Part shown: positions 52,087-61,852 of the stretch, piece after piece
Position numbering within the stretch: the stretch's first letter is position 1
Layout of the letters: each line of letters begins with the position of its first letter
Source of the DNA: a virus
Lineage: Duplodnaviria > Caudoviricetes
Strand: one strand, 5' to 3'
Virus record (IMG/VR): IMGVR_UViG_3300010048_000002
Location: 5,617 to 69,616 of that record
DNA: 64,000 bases
Notes under the pieces: generated by a model
Told to the model about the DNA's origin: nothing
Seen by the model: only the letters and a program-made list of their open reading frames with translations
Database searches by the model: none
Position numbers and translations under genes: made by a program

Positions 52087-53025
52087 ATGCGCAGGCGCCG
52101 TAACTACTCCCCGCCTTACCAGGCTACCGGCAACGAGCGTAGACACCGCACCGTCAGGCGCCAGGTGGTGCAGGCACTCATCCCCCCTACCAAGATTGCC
52201 GGCATCAAGACAACCGCCTACGCCAAGAGCGACGTCGTCAGCGAGGCGATAGCCTACTTGATATCCACCGGGTCTTTCACCCCACCTCTACCGGCGGTGG
52301 GCAGCTCCCCGATACTCGATTGGAACCCCGCCAGCGGCGCCACCATTAGTAACGGCAACGTCATCTCTCTGGCCGACAAGTCTGGCCACGGTAACACCGG
52401 GGCCCCCATCCCCAACGCCCTAGGGCGAATCAACGCTGCCTACACCGCCAAGGATGCCGCCTTCAACAACCGCCCCAGCATCAGCATCAGTCGTGGCTTT
52501 GGCGCCAACACTTTTTCTGGCTACGCCAGCGGCGGCTTCACTGTCTTCATGGCCTGGGTTGACCTGGCGACAGTGGGGGCCGACCCCGGAGGCTTTCTGT
52601 ATTGCGGCCGGGGCATACCCACCGGACACCTCACCCAACAGGATTGGGACCAGCTCTCCACCGCCACCGCGGCCGGCAACACTGACGCCCTAGTGGAAGA
52701 CTCGGCGACGTCGTCATTCAACATCGCCTCCGATTGGGGGTTGACTGGAGCCGGCGCTCTGTACGTGCACCAGGACGCCGGCACCAACGCTACGCACATC
52801 GTGCGGCTGAACGGCACCACGAAGGCGCGGGGCTCTACGCTAAGCGCTAGCGACCCGGGGGCCGGGCCCGCGGGGGCACAATCCTGGGCTATCGGCGCGG
52901 AGCCAGGCACCGGCGCCAGCGCCAGAAACGGCAGGTTTGCGAGAGTCTTGATCTACCCCAGCGCGTTGAGTCTCGGTGATATCACGACGCTGGAGAGCTA
53001 CTTCACCAGCACCTACGGCGTCTAG
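52087..53025 (+). CDS. LamG/concanavalin-like domain virion protein
   Basis: ADKSGHGN; GRFARVLIYPSALSLGDITTLESYFTSTYGV; TGt-TACACT-7 nt-ATG. Confidence 0.65.
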   Translation: MRRRRNYSPPYQATGNERRHRTVRRQVVQALIPPTKIAGIKTTAYAKSDVVSEAIAYLISTGSFTPPLPAVGSSPILDWNPASGATISNGNVISLADKSGHGNTGAPIPNALGRINAAYTAKDAAFNNRPSISISRGFGANTFSGYASGGFTVFMAWVDLATVGADPGGFLYCGRGIPTGHLTQQDWDQLSTATAAGNTDALVEDSATSSFNIASDWGLTGAGALYVHQDAGTNATHIVRLNGTTKARGSTLSASDPGAGPAGAQSWAIGAEPGTGASARNGRFARVLIYPSALSLGDITTLESYFTSTYGV

Positions 53026-53037
53026 CTAGGCTAGAGG

Positions 53038-53595
53038 CTAGAGGCGCACGCGCCAGCTCGTCGCCACGGGCTCTACGCGGTTCTCCCCGAAGACGTCGAT
53101 GACAGCGCGCTTCAAGTGCGGCTGGTCGTAGTCGTGCCCCGCCATCACGCTTCCCGGCTTCATCTTCGGCAGCCACGTCAAGACATCGCGTCTCACCGGG
53201 TCGTACCAATGATCCCCGTCGATGAAGACGAAGTCGATCGACGCGTCGTCGAAAACGCGGCTAGCAGCAACGCTGTCGAGGCGCAGTATGCGCACCTGCT
53301 GGAGTAAGTGGCGCGCATGTTTGACAGCCCCCTCTAGGAAGGTGCCGAAGAAGTCTGAGGCAAAGGGGGCCCATTGCTTGGCCGGCACCACGTCCCACAA
53401 GTCGACGGCGTAGAAGGTAATGTCCTTCTTCGACTTCTGAATCATCTCCGCCATCATGAAGGCGCTGCGCCCCAGAGCGACGCCCATCTCGACAAAGACG
53501 GCGCCTTTCTGCGGCGCCGCATTGACGGCATCCTGATACAGTTGGCGGAAGTTACTCCAGCCCTCGAGCGGTGCGTAGCCTTCTTCCCAGCCCAT
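53038..53595 (-). CDS. Class I SAM methyltransferase (Methyltransf_24-like)
   Basis: VEMGVALGRS, DFVFIDGDHWY, LPKMKPGSVMAGHDY. Confidence 0.85.
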   Translation of the reverse strand: MGWEEGYAPLEGWSNFRQLYQDAVNAAPQKGAVFVEMGVALGRSAFMMAEMIQKSKKDITFYAVDLWDVVPAKQWAPFASDFFGTFLEGAVKHARHLLQQVRILRLDSVAASRVFDDASIDFVFIDGDHWYDPVRRDVLTWLPKMKPGSVMAGHDYDQPHLKRAVIDVFGENRVEPVATSWRVRL

Positions 53596-53956
53596 CTAGT
53601 AGTTCCTCGCTGTCGACCAGCGCGTGCCGTCCCACACATACAAGACTGCGTATGTCAACGGCACTTGTGCGGCTAGGTCGTCCAAAAAACTTTGAGGCAG
53701 CGCATCGGCTGTCCATCCGTCAACGATGACGCGCCACCCGTTCTGCCAGACGTAGAGCCGTTGGTAGATCATCACTTAGTCGCTGGAGCCGACGTGGCGA
53801 CGCCGATAGCGGTCCCCGGCTACGGCCCCCGCCACCATCCCCGCAGCCATTCGATGGTTGCGGCGCTTGCCGCGAGCACCGGGAAGGAACCAAGCGGTAA
53901 GCCCCCCGATGACGGTGCCGAACAGGAAGCCGTTGAAGACAGACACTTGTACCTTT

Positions 53957-54469
53957 TTAGCCGAGCGGGCAGTTGGCGCCCGGCGCGCAGCCGTTGTCGA
54001 CGACGGTGATGCCCTGACTCGCGTCGAAGGTGATGCCCTGGAGCTGCCCCGTGTAGTCGATAGGGATAGCGACAGGCTGGCCGTTGACGGAGTTGTACAC
54101 CAGCACGACAGTCGTTACTGTAGCGCCGACGTTGACGGAGAAGACAGACACAGCGCCGACCCCCAAGACGGCGTCGATGGCCGCCTCCATGATGGTGGGA
54201 GTCACCAGTTGTCCCCCGGTGACAGGAGCCAACGTGTTGCTGGGCCCCGTGAGGGTGTACTGGTGCCCCGGAAGCATTTGCTGAGGCGGCCCTGCGGGGG
54301 GCGGAGGGGGAGGCGGGGGCGGTGGGGGAGGAGTCGGCGTGGGTCCGGGCGTGGGGCCGGGAGTAGGCGTCGGCGAGCTTTTGGCCGGTGCCTTCGTCGC
54401 CAGCAAGACGACCCCCGCCGTCAAGAGGGCGGCGCCGCCTACGAAGAGAGCTGTTTCAACCGGTTTCAC
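53957..54469 (-). CDS. N-terminal TM, poly-Pro virion protein
   Basis: ALFVGGAALLTAGVVLLAT, TPGP repeats, Pro run. Confidence 0.5.
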   Translation of the reverse strand: MKPVETALFVGGAALLTAGVVLLATKAPAKSSPTPTPGPTPGPTPTPPPPPPPPPPPPAGPPQQMLPGHQYTLTGPSNTLAPVTGGQLVTPTIMEAAIDAVLGVGAVSVFSVNVGATVTTVVLVYNSVNGQPVAIPIDYTGQLQGITFDASQGITVVDNGCAPGANCPLG

Positions 54470-54693
54470 TTCAACTTCTCCTTGGCGTAGGCGATACCGC
54501 CGAGGATGGCGATACCGCCAAGCGCGAACATCATGAGGGGCACGGCTGTACCCCCGGCGAGACCCATAGGGGGCTGAGTAGAAGGCGCTGCCGACTGGCC
54601 GACGCCATTCTTGAATCCGCAGGCGCCGACGGCAGACGCCACACCGGCCACACCTCGCATGTACTTCTGAGCAACCGCTTGATGAGGTGTCAA
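54466..54693 (-). CDS. Small protein with C-terminal TM
   Basis: GVGQ motif; FALGGIAILGGIAYAKEKLK. Confidence 0.5.
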   Translation of the reverse strand: MTPHQAVAQKYMRGVAGVASAVGACGFKNGVGQSAAPSTQPPMGLAGGTAVPLMMFALGGIAILGGIAYAKEKLK

Positions 54694-54706
54694 ACTGACC
54701 CCCTTA

Positions 54707-55198
54707 CTAGATGCGTTTCAACGCCGCTTCAACATCCTGAATCACTTTCGATAGAAACGAGACGATGGAGCCATCAGACGCAACGCATGCGCCCCCGGCT
54801 CCAGTGGCGCTATCGGCGGCGTCGGCGCCGCCTGGCGCTTCGTCTGACGACGTAGGCGGCGATGGCGATGCTCCCCCCGACGAGCCCGAGGGCGATGGCG
54901 CTGGCGGCGAAGGTGGTGCCGAGGCTGGAGCTAAAGGGGCAGGCTGCGTGCCACCCCCGGGGCAGTAGTAGACCGTCACCCCCGTATGCCTCACGGGGTT
55001 CTGGAAGTCCGGCGGGTGCCACTCGTAGCGGTAGTCGAGCGCCAGATTAGAGGTCGTCTCCTGGCTGTCGGTGCTGCCGACGGGGAAGTTGCCGCTGCGC
55101 CACTGCTGAAGCAGCGCAACAGCGCGCGAAGAGATGGCCGGCGTCACCTTGCTGTCGGGCAGCAGGACGTAGCCGGCGGGGCAAAGCGACGTCGACAT
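54707..55198 (-). CDS. Hypothetical protein with Pro/Ser linker
   Basis: YRYEWHPPDF..HTGVTVY domain. Confidence 0.45.
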   Translation of the reverse strand: MSTSLCPAGYVLLPDSKVTPAISSRAVALLQQWRSGNFPVGSTDSQETTSNLALDYRYEWHPPDFQNPVRHTGVTVYYCPGGGTQPAPLAPASAPPSPPAPSPSGSSGGASPSPPTSSDEAPGGADAADSATGAGGACVASDGSIVSFLSKVIQDVEAALKRI

Positions 55199-55910
55199 TC
55201 AACCGGCTCCCCAAAGGCACATGCCCATCGTCAGACCCGTCGCTAGAGCGATGCACCCCCACCACGGCAGCTCGACGAGCGGTACGGTACAGAGGGCTGT
55301 GACGAGATGACGCAGCATCGTCTAGGCACGGGGCTTAGCGTAGAACTGGCCGTGCATCGCGACGACGCCACACTCCAGAGTGATGAGCGGCGTGCGCAAT
55401 CCTTCGCCGATCCAGCCACCGCCGAGGGCGGCAGCGCTAACCGCCACAAGGCGCGCACGATCGAAACGCGCTTTGTTGTAGCGATACTTACGCTTGTGCC
55501 CCTGCGTAAAGGCGACACCGTTGAGTTGAAACTGTCGGAGGGGGAATGCCATGACGGACAGCGTAGCAGCTTGTGTGCCGAGCGGCTAGCGCTTGCGCCC
55601 CCGGCGGTAGTCCGGATAGCGGGGCTTCAGGCGCTTCCAGGCCGGCTTCTTGGGGGTGTTGCGGGCCCACAGAGCCGCCACTGCGGCTAACGCTACAGCT
55701 ATAGAGGCGCCGATCTTCACGGCGGGGGATCTATCGCGGCTGTCAGGCAGGAAGTTGCACCATCGACGGGTATCTTACGTCAACGCGCGGCTGTCTGCCA
55801 CGAGGTTAGGTACAGGCGTCCATCAGCGCTGCCGCTAGGGCGAAACCGGCACCGAACCCCAACAATGCCCAACAGATGCGCTCCCGCCAGAGACTCAACA
55901 CGGATCTCTA

Positions 55911-57545
55911 TTACCTGACCAGCGCCAGTCCCGTCGCACTTGCGCCGATCGCCGCTTGCACCGTGCCGCTTGCCGGAGACGCCGACGTCGTAATGAACTT
56001 CCCCGCTGACAAGGCCGATGGCTTGAAGAGGCCATTTGCGGCAATCCCTCCCACGGTCGCGTCCGCGGAGATGGTCACGACTTGCCCCGGCTCGGAGACC
56101 GGGCCCGAACCCGCCGCCCCGATCGCTTGCTGAACGATGCCCACCAAGGCCGCCGGATCGCTCGACGTCGGAAGGACCTTCACCTGACCGCCTGCGTCCC
56201 AGCCCACGGCAAGGTTCGCGGCAACAGCCAACGTGCTCGTGTAGTAGCGGGACGAGACGTTACCGAAACGCTCACGCACGAGACCCGTCGCGTTGTTCGT
56301 GACAGGGACGCGCACGCCCGCCGTGTCCGTCGTGCACTCCTCTATCATCACCTCGCCCGTCGTCCCGGTGAAGTCAAAGGAGAATGTCTGACCCAATTGA
56401 TCCATGCGATGGTGAATGATCTTGATGGGACACGTGAGGTTCTTGAATTGCCAAGAACCTCCCACGCCGTTCAAGTGCGTCTCTCCACCCTCGATCCAGA
56501 TGCCACCACGAATGGTACCGTTCGTGCCATCGAAGAGAACAGCGGGAACTCCGCCCGCGCCCGCACCGCACACGTTCCCTCCCGGCCCCACGTTGATCAA
56601 GGTTTGCGGACCTACGAAACCCGACGACGTCGGAGCGATCACGAGAAGCGCCGCCAAGGGGTCGCCCCCTTGAATGTTCTTCCAAACGTCGCCCATCGCC
56701 ATCACGTTGCCCGTAAAGTCCCGGTAGATCCCGATACTCGTCGCCGTTGCCTTGTCGGCAGGAACGGGGACGTTCGGAGGCGGAGAGACGGCGTTGAACT
56801 CGATGTCCTCCACCTGCACGCCGAATTCGTTCCCGTTGATGTACATGAGCGAATTCGTCGCGCCCGCGCTCGTGCCACAGTTGGAGTAGTGGAGCCCTCG
56901 CGCGTGAAACTGCGTCACACCCGTAATATCGAACACCCGGGACGCTCCCAAGTAACCCAGGATCCGGCAATCCCAAAGCCACGCGTCGAACACCGACGCG
57001 AGATTCAGGAACTCGAAAGCATCGGCGGTACCCGCGGACAAGGTCGGGTCGCCCATCAGCCAAAGTCCCGACACGAAGACCGCGCCGTGATTGTTCGGCG
57101 CGCCCGACGATATCACCAAACTTCTGGTCCCCGGACTCGTCCCCTTCGACTGAACGATCCCCGCGCTCCCCGGAAACCTCACCCAAAGAGCACACTCGGA
57201 GGGGATGCCAAGGATCTGGGGGTTCGTGGCCGAGTACTTGTATCCGGTGAACGCTCCCAGTCCCGGGTTCTTCTGGACAAAGTCGAGGCTGTCGACTTGG
57301 TAACACGTCACGTTGCCGGCGGTGAACGTCGACTTGGCGGCGAACCTCGAGATCAGGACGTCGAGGGGTATAAGGTTGTCGCCCGAGTTATCGGTAGGTA
57401 CCAAGTCGGCTGTCGAATGGTAAGGATCCGACACTCCGGCCAGGAGCTTGATGGTGGTGTTGTTGGTGCCCCGGTTGAGCGCCAACCGCTCCAAGTACGC
57501 GAGATAGCTGTTATCCGGCTTGGAAGAGGTCCGTACTGCGCCCAT
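55911..57545 (-). CDS. Spike or receptor-binding protein, beta-helix (pectin-lyase-like) candidate
   Basis: 544 aa, Gly/Asn-rich repeating beta patterns; TATACT-7 nt-ATG. Confidence 0.55.
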   Translation of the reverse strand: MGAVRTSSKPDNSYLAYLERLALNRGTNNTTIKLLAGVSDPYHSTADLVPTDNSGDNLIPLDVLISRFAAKSTFTAGNVTCYQVDSLDFVQKNPGLGAFTGYKYSATNPQILGIPSECALWVRFPGSAGIVQSKGTSPGTRSLVISSGAPNNHGAVFVSGLWLMGDPTLSAGTADAFEFLNLASVFDAWLWDCRILGYLGASRVFDITGVTQFHARGLHYSNCGTSAGATNSLMYINGNEFGVQVEDIEFNAVSPPPNVPVPADKATATSIGIYRDFTGNVMAMGDVWKNIQGGDPLAALLVIAPTSSGFVGPQTLINVGPGGNVCGAGAGGVPAVLFDGTNGTIRGGIWIEGGETHLNGVGGSWQFKNLTCPIKIIHHRMDQLGQTFSFDFTGTTGEVMIEECTTDTAGVRVPVTNNATGLVRERFGNVSSRYYTSTLAVAANLAVGWDAGGQVKVLPTSSDPAALVGIVQQAIGAAGSGPVSEPGQVVTISADATVGGIAANGLFKPSALSAGKFITTSASPASGTVQAAIGASATGLALVR

Positions 57546-57663
57546 GCGAAGCAGTATACTCTGGGGGTGCGTAGGAGGCTACACAAGTAGAGGGAGGGGG
57601 CGCCGAAGGGGGGCGGTAAAGGCCGAGCTTTGCGTTCGGAAGGCTTGGTTTGGTGAGATCGAG

Positions 57664-58052
57664 GTTGCAGGCTTCAAGGCGCCGCGCTGCCTTTTACGAG
57701 ATGGCAGCGGCGCACACTAGCCGCAGCGTAGCGTCGCAGTCTCAAAGGCGCTGCGCTTGCCATTACCACGTGCCGTATTGCGGCACTATCCACAGTCTCG
57801 TGTACGTCGCAATCTCAAAGGCGCTGCGCTGCCATTACCCACGGGGCGGGCACGTCTTCTTCCCTCCTGGTGGGGGTGTCGCAGTCTCAAAGGCGCTGCG
57901 CTGCCATTACCACCAGATCTGCTCTGAGTGCGGCTGCGCGGTCGGCTGGTCGCAGTCTCAAAGGCGCTGCGCTGCCATTACCACCTGGCCGGCGGTGTTC
58001 GTCACGTGAAGCCCGCGTCGCAGTCTCAAAGGCGCTGCGCTGCCATTACCAC
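57664..58052 (-). CRISPR. CRISPR mini-array: 5 conserved repeats, 1 degenerate trailer repeat, 5 spacers (32-36 nt)
   Basis: Minus-strand repeat GTGGTAATGGCAGCGCAGCGCCTTTGAGACTGCGAC starting (plus coordinates) at 57733, 57806, 57878, 57949, 58017; degenerate copy at 57664 (26/36). The CGCAG/CTGCG stem near the 3' end orients the array. Confidence 0.95.
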
Positions 58053-58071
58053 AGGTCTCTCAGCTCCCCAA

Positions 58072-59868
58072 TCATTCCGCCGTATTGCCGACGTCTTTGC
58101 GAGCACCGTCTTTCCCAGCAGCCCGCTCGCGGGCGCGTGCCTTGCGTTTAGCCCACGCGCTACCGCCTACGTCTGCGACGGCGTTGTCTTTTTCCGCTGC
58201 GCAAGCGCCCCCCGTGTTTTCCTCGTTACGCCACTGCTCGCTGACGACTTCGAGCCACGTATCGTCGGAATCTTCAGGTACCCCGTGAGGGCCTTTCCAC
58301 ACCGCCTTTACGGCATCCTCTCCGAAAGCGTTGAGGAGCATGTCGCGTAGCTTCTGCGGTGACACCGTCGTGCGCCTGTCGCTATCGTCGCCGAAGCGAG
58401 CCTCGAGCGATAAGTCTCTATCGGGCACGATGACCGCCTTGTAGCGTCTGGCTAGCCCCGCAGCCCAATTGCTGTAGTAGTGGTTCCTCCATCCGATACC
58501 ATTGCGGCGACTACCGGCTTCGTAGTCGAGGAGGTGAGCGTCGCGTAACTCCCACTCTTGTAGGAGCTCGTAAGCATCACGCGCGGCATCAACCTTGTCT
58601 TTGCGCCAGCGTAGCGCCAGCTCGTAGAACCTGTCCTGCGACTTCCAGAGGTGCAGCACATTGCCTACCTCGCGTAACCACGTGGGCAGCTTGTCGGCGC
58701 TGTGCTGAATCTTTTCCGCCAGCGCCGGGCGTAGGGCGTTGAGGAGCGTATCCCTCACCGAGCGGATGCCGTCAGCTTTGCGGATGGCGCCCACCATTCT
58801 AGAAGACATCAGCAGCTCGCCGGTGGCGCCAAACGAGTCGCGCCACGAGGCGACACGCATGGAGCCGTCGTCAAGCGGAGTCCACAGGAGCTCCACGGCG
58901 ACGGCACCGCTGACGTCGGGGCGGGGTTGAATCTTCTGCGGGTCGTTGAGGGTAATCTCCACGGTCCAGACTTCGCGTCTGGCGAGTCGGCGGCACGATA
59001 CACGTACCCACTGCCACTTGGCGGCGTTGGGGATTGCGCGATGAAGCTTGATGGGCCACGAAGCCCAAACAGCGCATCTAGTGTCGTTGGCGACGCGCAG
59101 CTTCAGCACACCGTACTGGGAGTATTGCTGTTTGCCCCCGTTGGTGCCGCCATGCAGCCTCGCGGGCTCCAATTCGAGTCTTACCCAGGCGTCTTTGCCT
59201 GCTAAGACGTCGGCGGTAGTGACAGTGCGCCCTTGGATGTGCATCGACACTTGCTGGTCACCGAGCCACCAGCAGCTCTTAGGATTCGATACGGGAAATG
59301 CCTGCCCTGCGCGGGGCCCCTTGACGAATCGCGGGTCCGACGGAGTGACGGCGTCGCGCTCGTAGAGGGGCATAGCGCGTACTTGCGTCGCCGCCGCCTC
59401 GATGGTTTGATAGTTCGCCCAGGCGCCGGGCGACAACGGCGACAACGCGCGCGCGTCACGTCGGATACTCTCGTCGAGAAGCGTGATTCGCGCAACAGCA
59501 TCGCCGGCAGCGGCGCGCGCCTCGAGATTGACACGACGTAGACGGCTACGCTCGGCGTCAGAAGCGTCTTCCGGCACAGACGCTTCAGCGACGCCGGGGC
59601 AATGTGATGCTGCCTTTTCGGCGGCGCGACGCGCCTTATAGAGCTTTCCGATTGCCTCACGTAGAGGCTTGCCCTTGGAGGCTTTGACGAGGGCTACCGC
59701 GTCGGCGACTTCTTGCGTGTCGTGCAGCGCACGCAAGGCGGCACGCCGCCCCCTTTCGATTGCCACGAGCTCGTTGCGGTACTCGTGGCACTGGCGCATG
59801 AGGACTCTCACGCGCGCTTCGCCGTCGATAGGCGGAAGTAGGCCGAACTGGTAGACGCGGATAGGCAT
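58072..59868 (-). CDS. cas12m: Type V-M (Cas12m/V-U1-like) effector with degenerate RuvC
   Basis: 598 aa; N-terminus RVYQFGLLPP; PIKLHR, LHLWKS, RNHYY, terminal AWAKRK. RuvC-I reads AVAVELLW and RuvC-II AVIVPDRD. Abuts the array. Confidence 0.8.
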   Translation of the reverse strand: MPIRVYQFGLLPPIDGEARVRVLMRQCHEYRNELVAIERGRRAALRALHDTQEVADAVALVKASKGKPLREAIGKLYKARRAAEKAASHCPGVAEASVPEDASDAERSRLRRVNLEARAAAGDAVARITLLDESIRRDARALSPLSPGAWANYQTIEAAATQVRAMPLYERDAVTPSDPRFVKGPRAGQAFPVSNPKSCWWLGDQQVSMHIQGRTVTTADVLAGKDAWVRLELEPARLHGGTNGGKQQYSQYGVLKLRVANDTRCAVWASWPIKLHRAIPNAAKWQWVRVSCRRLARREVWTVEITLNDPQKIQPRPDVSGAVAVELLWTPLDDGSMRVASWRDSFGATGELLMSSRMVGAIRKADGIRSVRDTLLNALRPALAEKIQHSADKLPTWLREVGNVLHLWKSQDRFYELALRWRKDKVDAARDAYELLQEWELRDAHLLDYEAGSRRNGIGWRNHYYSNWAAGLARRYKAVIVPDRDLSLEARFGDDSDRRTTVSPQKLRDMLLNAFGEDAVKAVWKGPHGVPEDSDDTWLEVVSEQWRNEENTGGACAAEKDNAVADVGGSAWAKRKARARERAAGKDGARKDVGNTAE

Positions 59869-59875
59869 GACGGTT

Positions 59876-60206
59876 TTATCTTTCTTCGGGCCTGCGCCCG
59901 TAGAACTGGTCGTGCAGCATCGTGTTTTCGGTGATGTCTTCGCCGTCGTCTGGGTAGTAGCACTCGTCGCCCTCTTCCTCGGCTACGGCTTTGGCGGCTG
60001 GGATGCGGCTGCGGAATCAGTGCGTACGACGGACCGCCAGCGGTTTGGCCATCGAGTTGGACGAGGATACTGAAGGCGAGACCGGCCAGCGCATCGTCTG
60101 GGGTGCGCGTACCGTCACTCACGGCTTCGCGCCAGCAGTCGACAGAGTTCCAGATCTCGTCGAGGAACAGCTCGCGCATCTCTTTCTTGGTATACGGTCG
60201 ACTCAT
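59876..60206 (-). pseudogene. Phage hypothetical gene with an apparent +1 frameshift near 59999-60002
   Basis: Removing one G from the ggg run joins ..LIPQPHP to AAKAVAEE..ENTMLHDQFYGRRPEER*, which stops 7 nt before cas12m; may be a sequencing indel. Confidence 0.55.
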
Positions 60207-60316
60207 CGCTATAGAACGTCCCCTTCGCCGCCTCCAGCTTCGCGCGGAGGGCGGCATTCACAACATCCGCAACACCCGCACTCGTGTGTGCAGTCAGCCT
60301 TGTCGGGCCTTCGTAG

Positions 60317-60562
60317 TCATTCCGCCGCCTCCTCGTCGGAGCGCTTACGCATGTTCTCCACGCGCTTCGCAGCCCCCTTCTTGCCGATGGTGCTCATGTG
60401 CTCTCTGTCAGAGGAGACTTTCGTACCGCCCGCTCGCCCGGCCTCTCGCGCATCGCTAGACGTGAAGCGATGTGCGCGTCCCAATTCGTGAGAGCGCTTG
60501 CCGCCCTTGGCGGAGATCTCCTGACGGCGCTCCTTGGACATTCCTGCGAATCCGCGTGCCAT
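60317..60562 (-). CDS. KGG-repeat general stress protein (second copy)
   Basis: RGFAGMS..ISAKGGKRSH..AHRFTSSDAREAGRAGG..IGKKG. Confidence 0.85.
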   Translation of the reverse strand: MARGFAGMSKERRQEISAKGGKRSHELGRAHRFTSSDAREAGRAGGTKVSSDREHMSTIGKKGAAKRVENMRKRSDEEAAE

Positions 60563-61852
60563 ATGTGTGCCTTTCCTTTCAGTTGTCGGTGTTCTTCAGT
60601 TTTGCTTCGGTGAGACAGACGTCGAACATGCGCCTGACGTCCTCGTCGGTGAAGTCTTGCGGTAGATGGCGTAATACGTCGACGACCTCGCGGCACACTA
60701 ACGACGCTTCGTCGAAGGCGTCGATGAAGTCATCTCGGCTCCTGGCTGTTTCCAGCAAGACGTCGGAGGCCCATAGGCGTACGCAGAGCCGGCGGATGCG
60801 TTCTTGCAGCTCGGGGGGCAATGAGGAGAGTGTCATTAGCGGCGGCTCCTGTCGACAGCAGCCTCGAGATTCTTGACGGCGTCGAGTGTCTCGACGCCAA
60901 ACTTCTCTGCGCGACTGTTTCTAACAGCTACGGTAACGGCGAGCACATCGCTTATTGCTTGCCTATCGAGTCTATAGTTATGCCCCGGGTCTTCGTAGGG
61001 AGGCGGGCGCCAGTCGAGACTCGCGGAGGGCGTAAGCTTGGCGATAGCTTCGTGGAAGGACATGAGGAACGAGCCCCGCATAGACACGGACGCTGTTACT
61101 ATACGCCATCGACTGGGCGATGTTGTACGCCATTGAGATCTGGTGTATGACGTGAGATACGCCGCTGAGGCGTGCGCCTTCTCCTCGTGTTCCTTCAACA
61201 CGATGACTTTTCTGTCTAGTGGCCAGCGCTCGCAGTGAGCCGCGAAGGCCTCGTCGGCCATCGCCCTAGCGGCCGGCACACCCGCCCCCCTCGATGGCGG
61301 CCTTGAAGTAGCCCTGCCACACGGCCTCGCTCGGGTCTTCGTACGCCATCAGACCAGCCCTCGCAGCGCTGCGCGCGCCAACGCCTCGCGTCGGCGCTTC
61401 TCGTGGGCCTCGGCGGCTGCGCTGTCACCGTCATCGCCAGCCTGGCGGAGATGTCTAGTCGCCGCTTCGACACCCAGTCTGTCGAGCCTCAACGTCGGCG
61501 GCACGCGCCAGACGGCCGTGACACCGGAAAACTTCCCGCGCTTACCCTCCGGCGTAGCGTCGTAGACGCGCTTGCGCATGCTCTCGTCTTTCTGCAAGAA
61601 GCGCTGCGGCGTCGGGTCGTCGGGCTGTTGACGGCGCTGCGCCTTAGGCACGATGGCCCCGATGGCGATGAGGCATCGCCTGATGATGCTGACGTCTTCG
61701 TAGTCGGCGAAGGCCTCGACGAGGGTGTAGCCGGCGCGCAGGCGCGCCATGTAGCGGTCGATGGGGGCTCGAGGGACAGTGTTGGTGGTTTTGGCTGTGT
61801 CGATAGCCATGTGGTGTCTCCTATGATGCAGACGGTACCGTAAACGTTGCGG

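Noticed and set aside
55911-57545. Diversity-generating retroelement acting on the spike gene
   Set aside because: No reverse transcriptase and no TR/VR repeat pair seen.
57733-57842. Extra T in repeat 57733 and extra C in repeat 57806 as evolved repeat variants
   Set aside because: Both are single-base homopolymer expansions, like the frameshift near 60000, so they are likely read errors. They need read checking.
58081-58090. Short identity (gccgtattgc) between spacer 57770-57805 and the cas12m 3' end
   Set aside because: About 10 nt only; not credible autoregulation.
58072-59868. IS200/IS605 TnpB transposon
   Set aside because: No TnpA or IS ends recognised, it is larger than typical TnpB, and a true repeat-spacer array abuts it.
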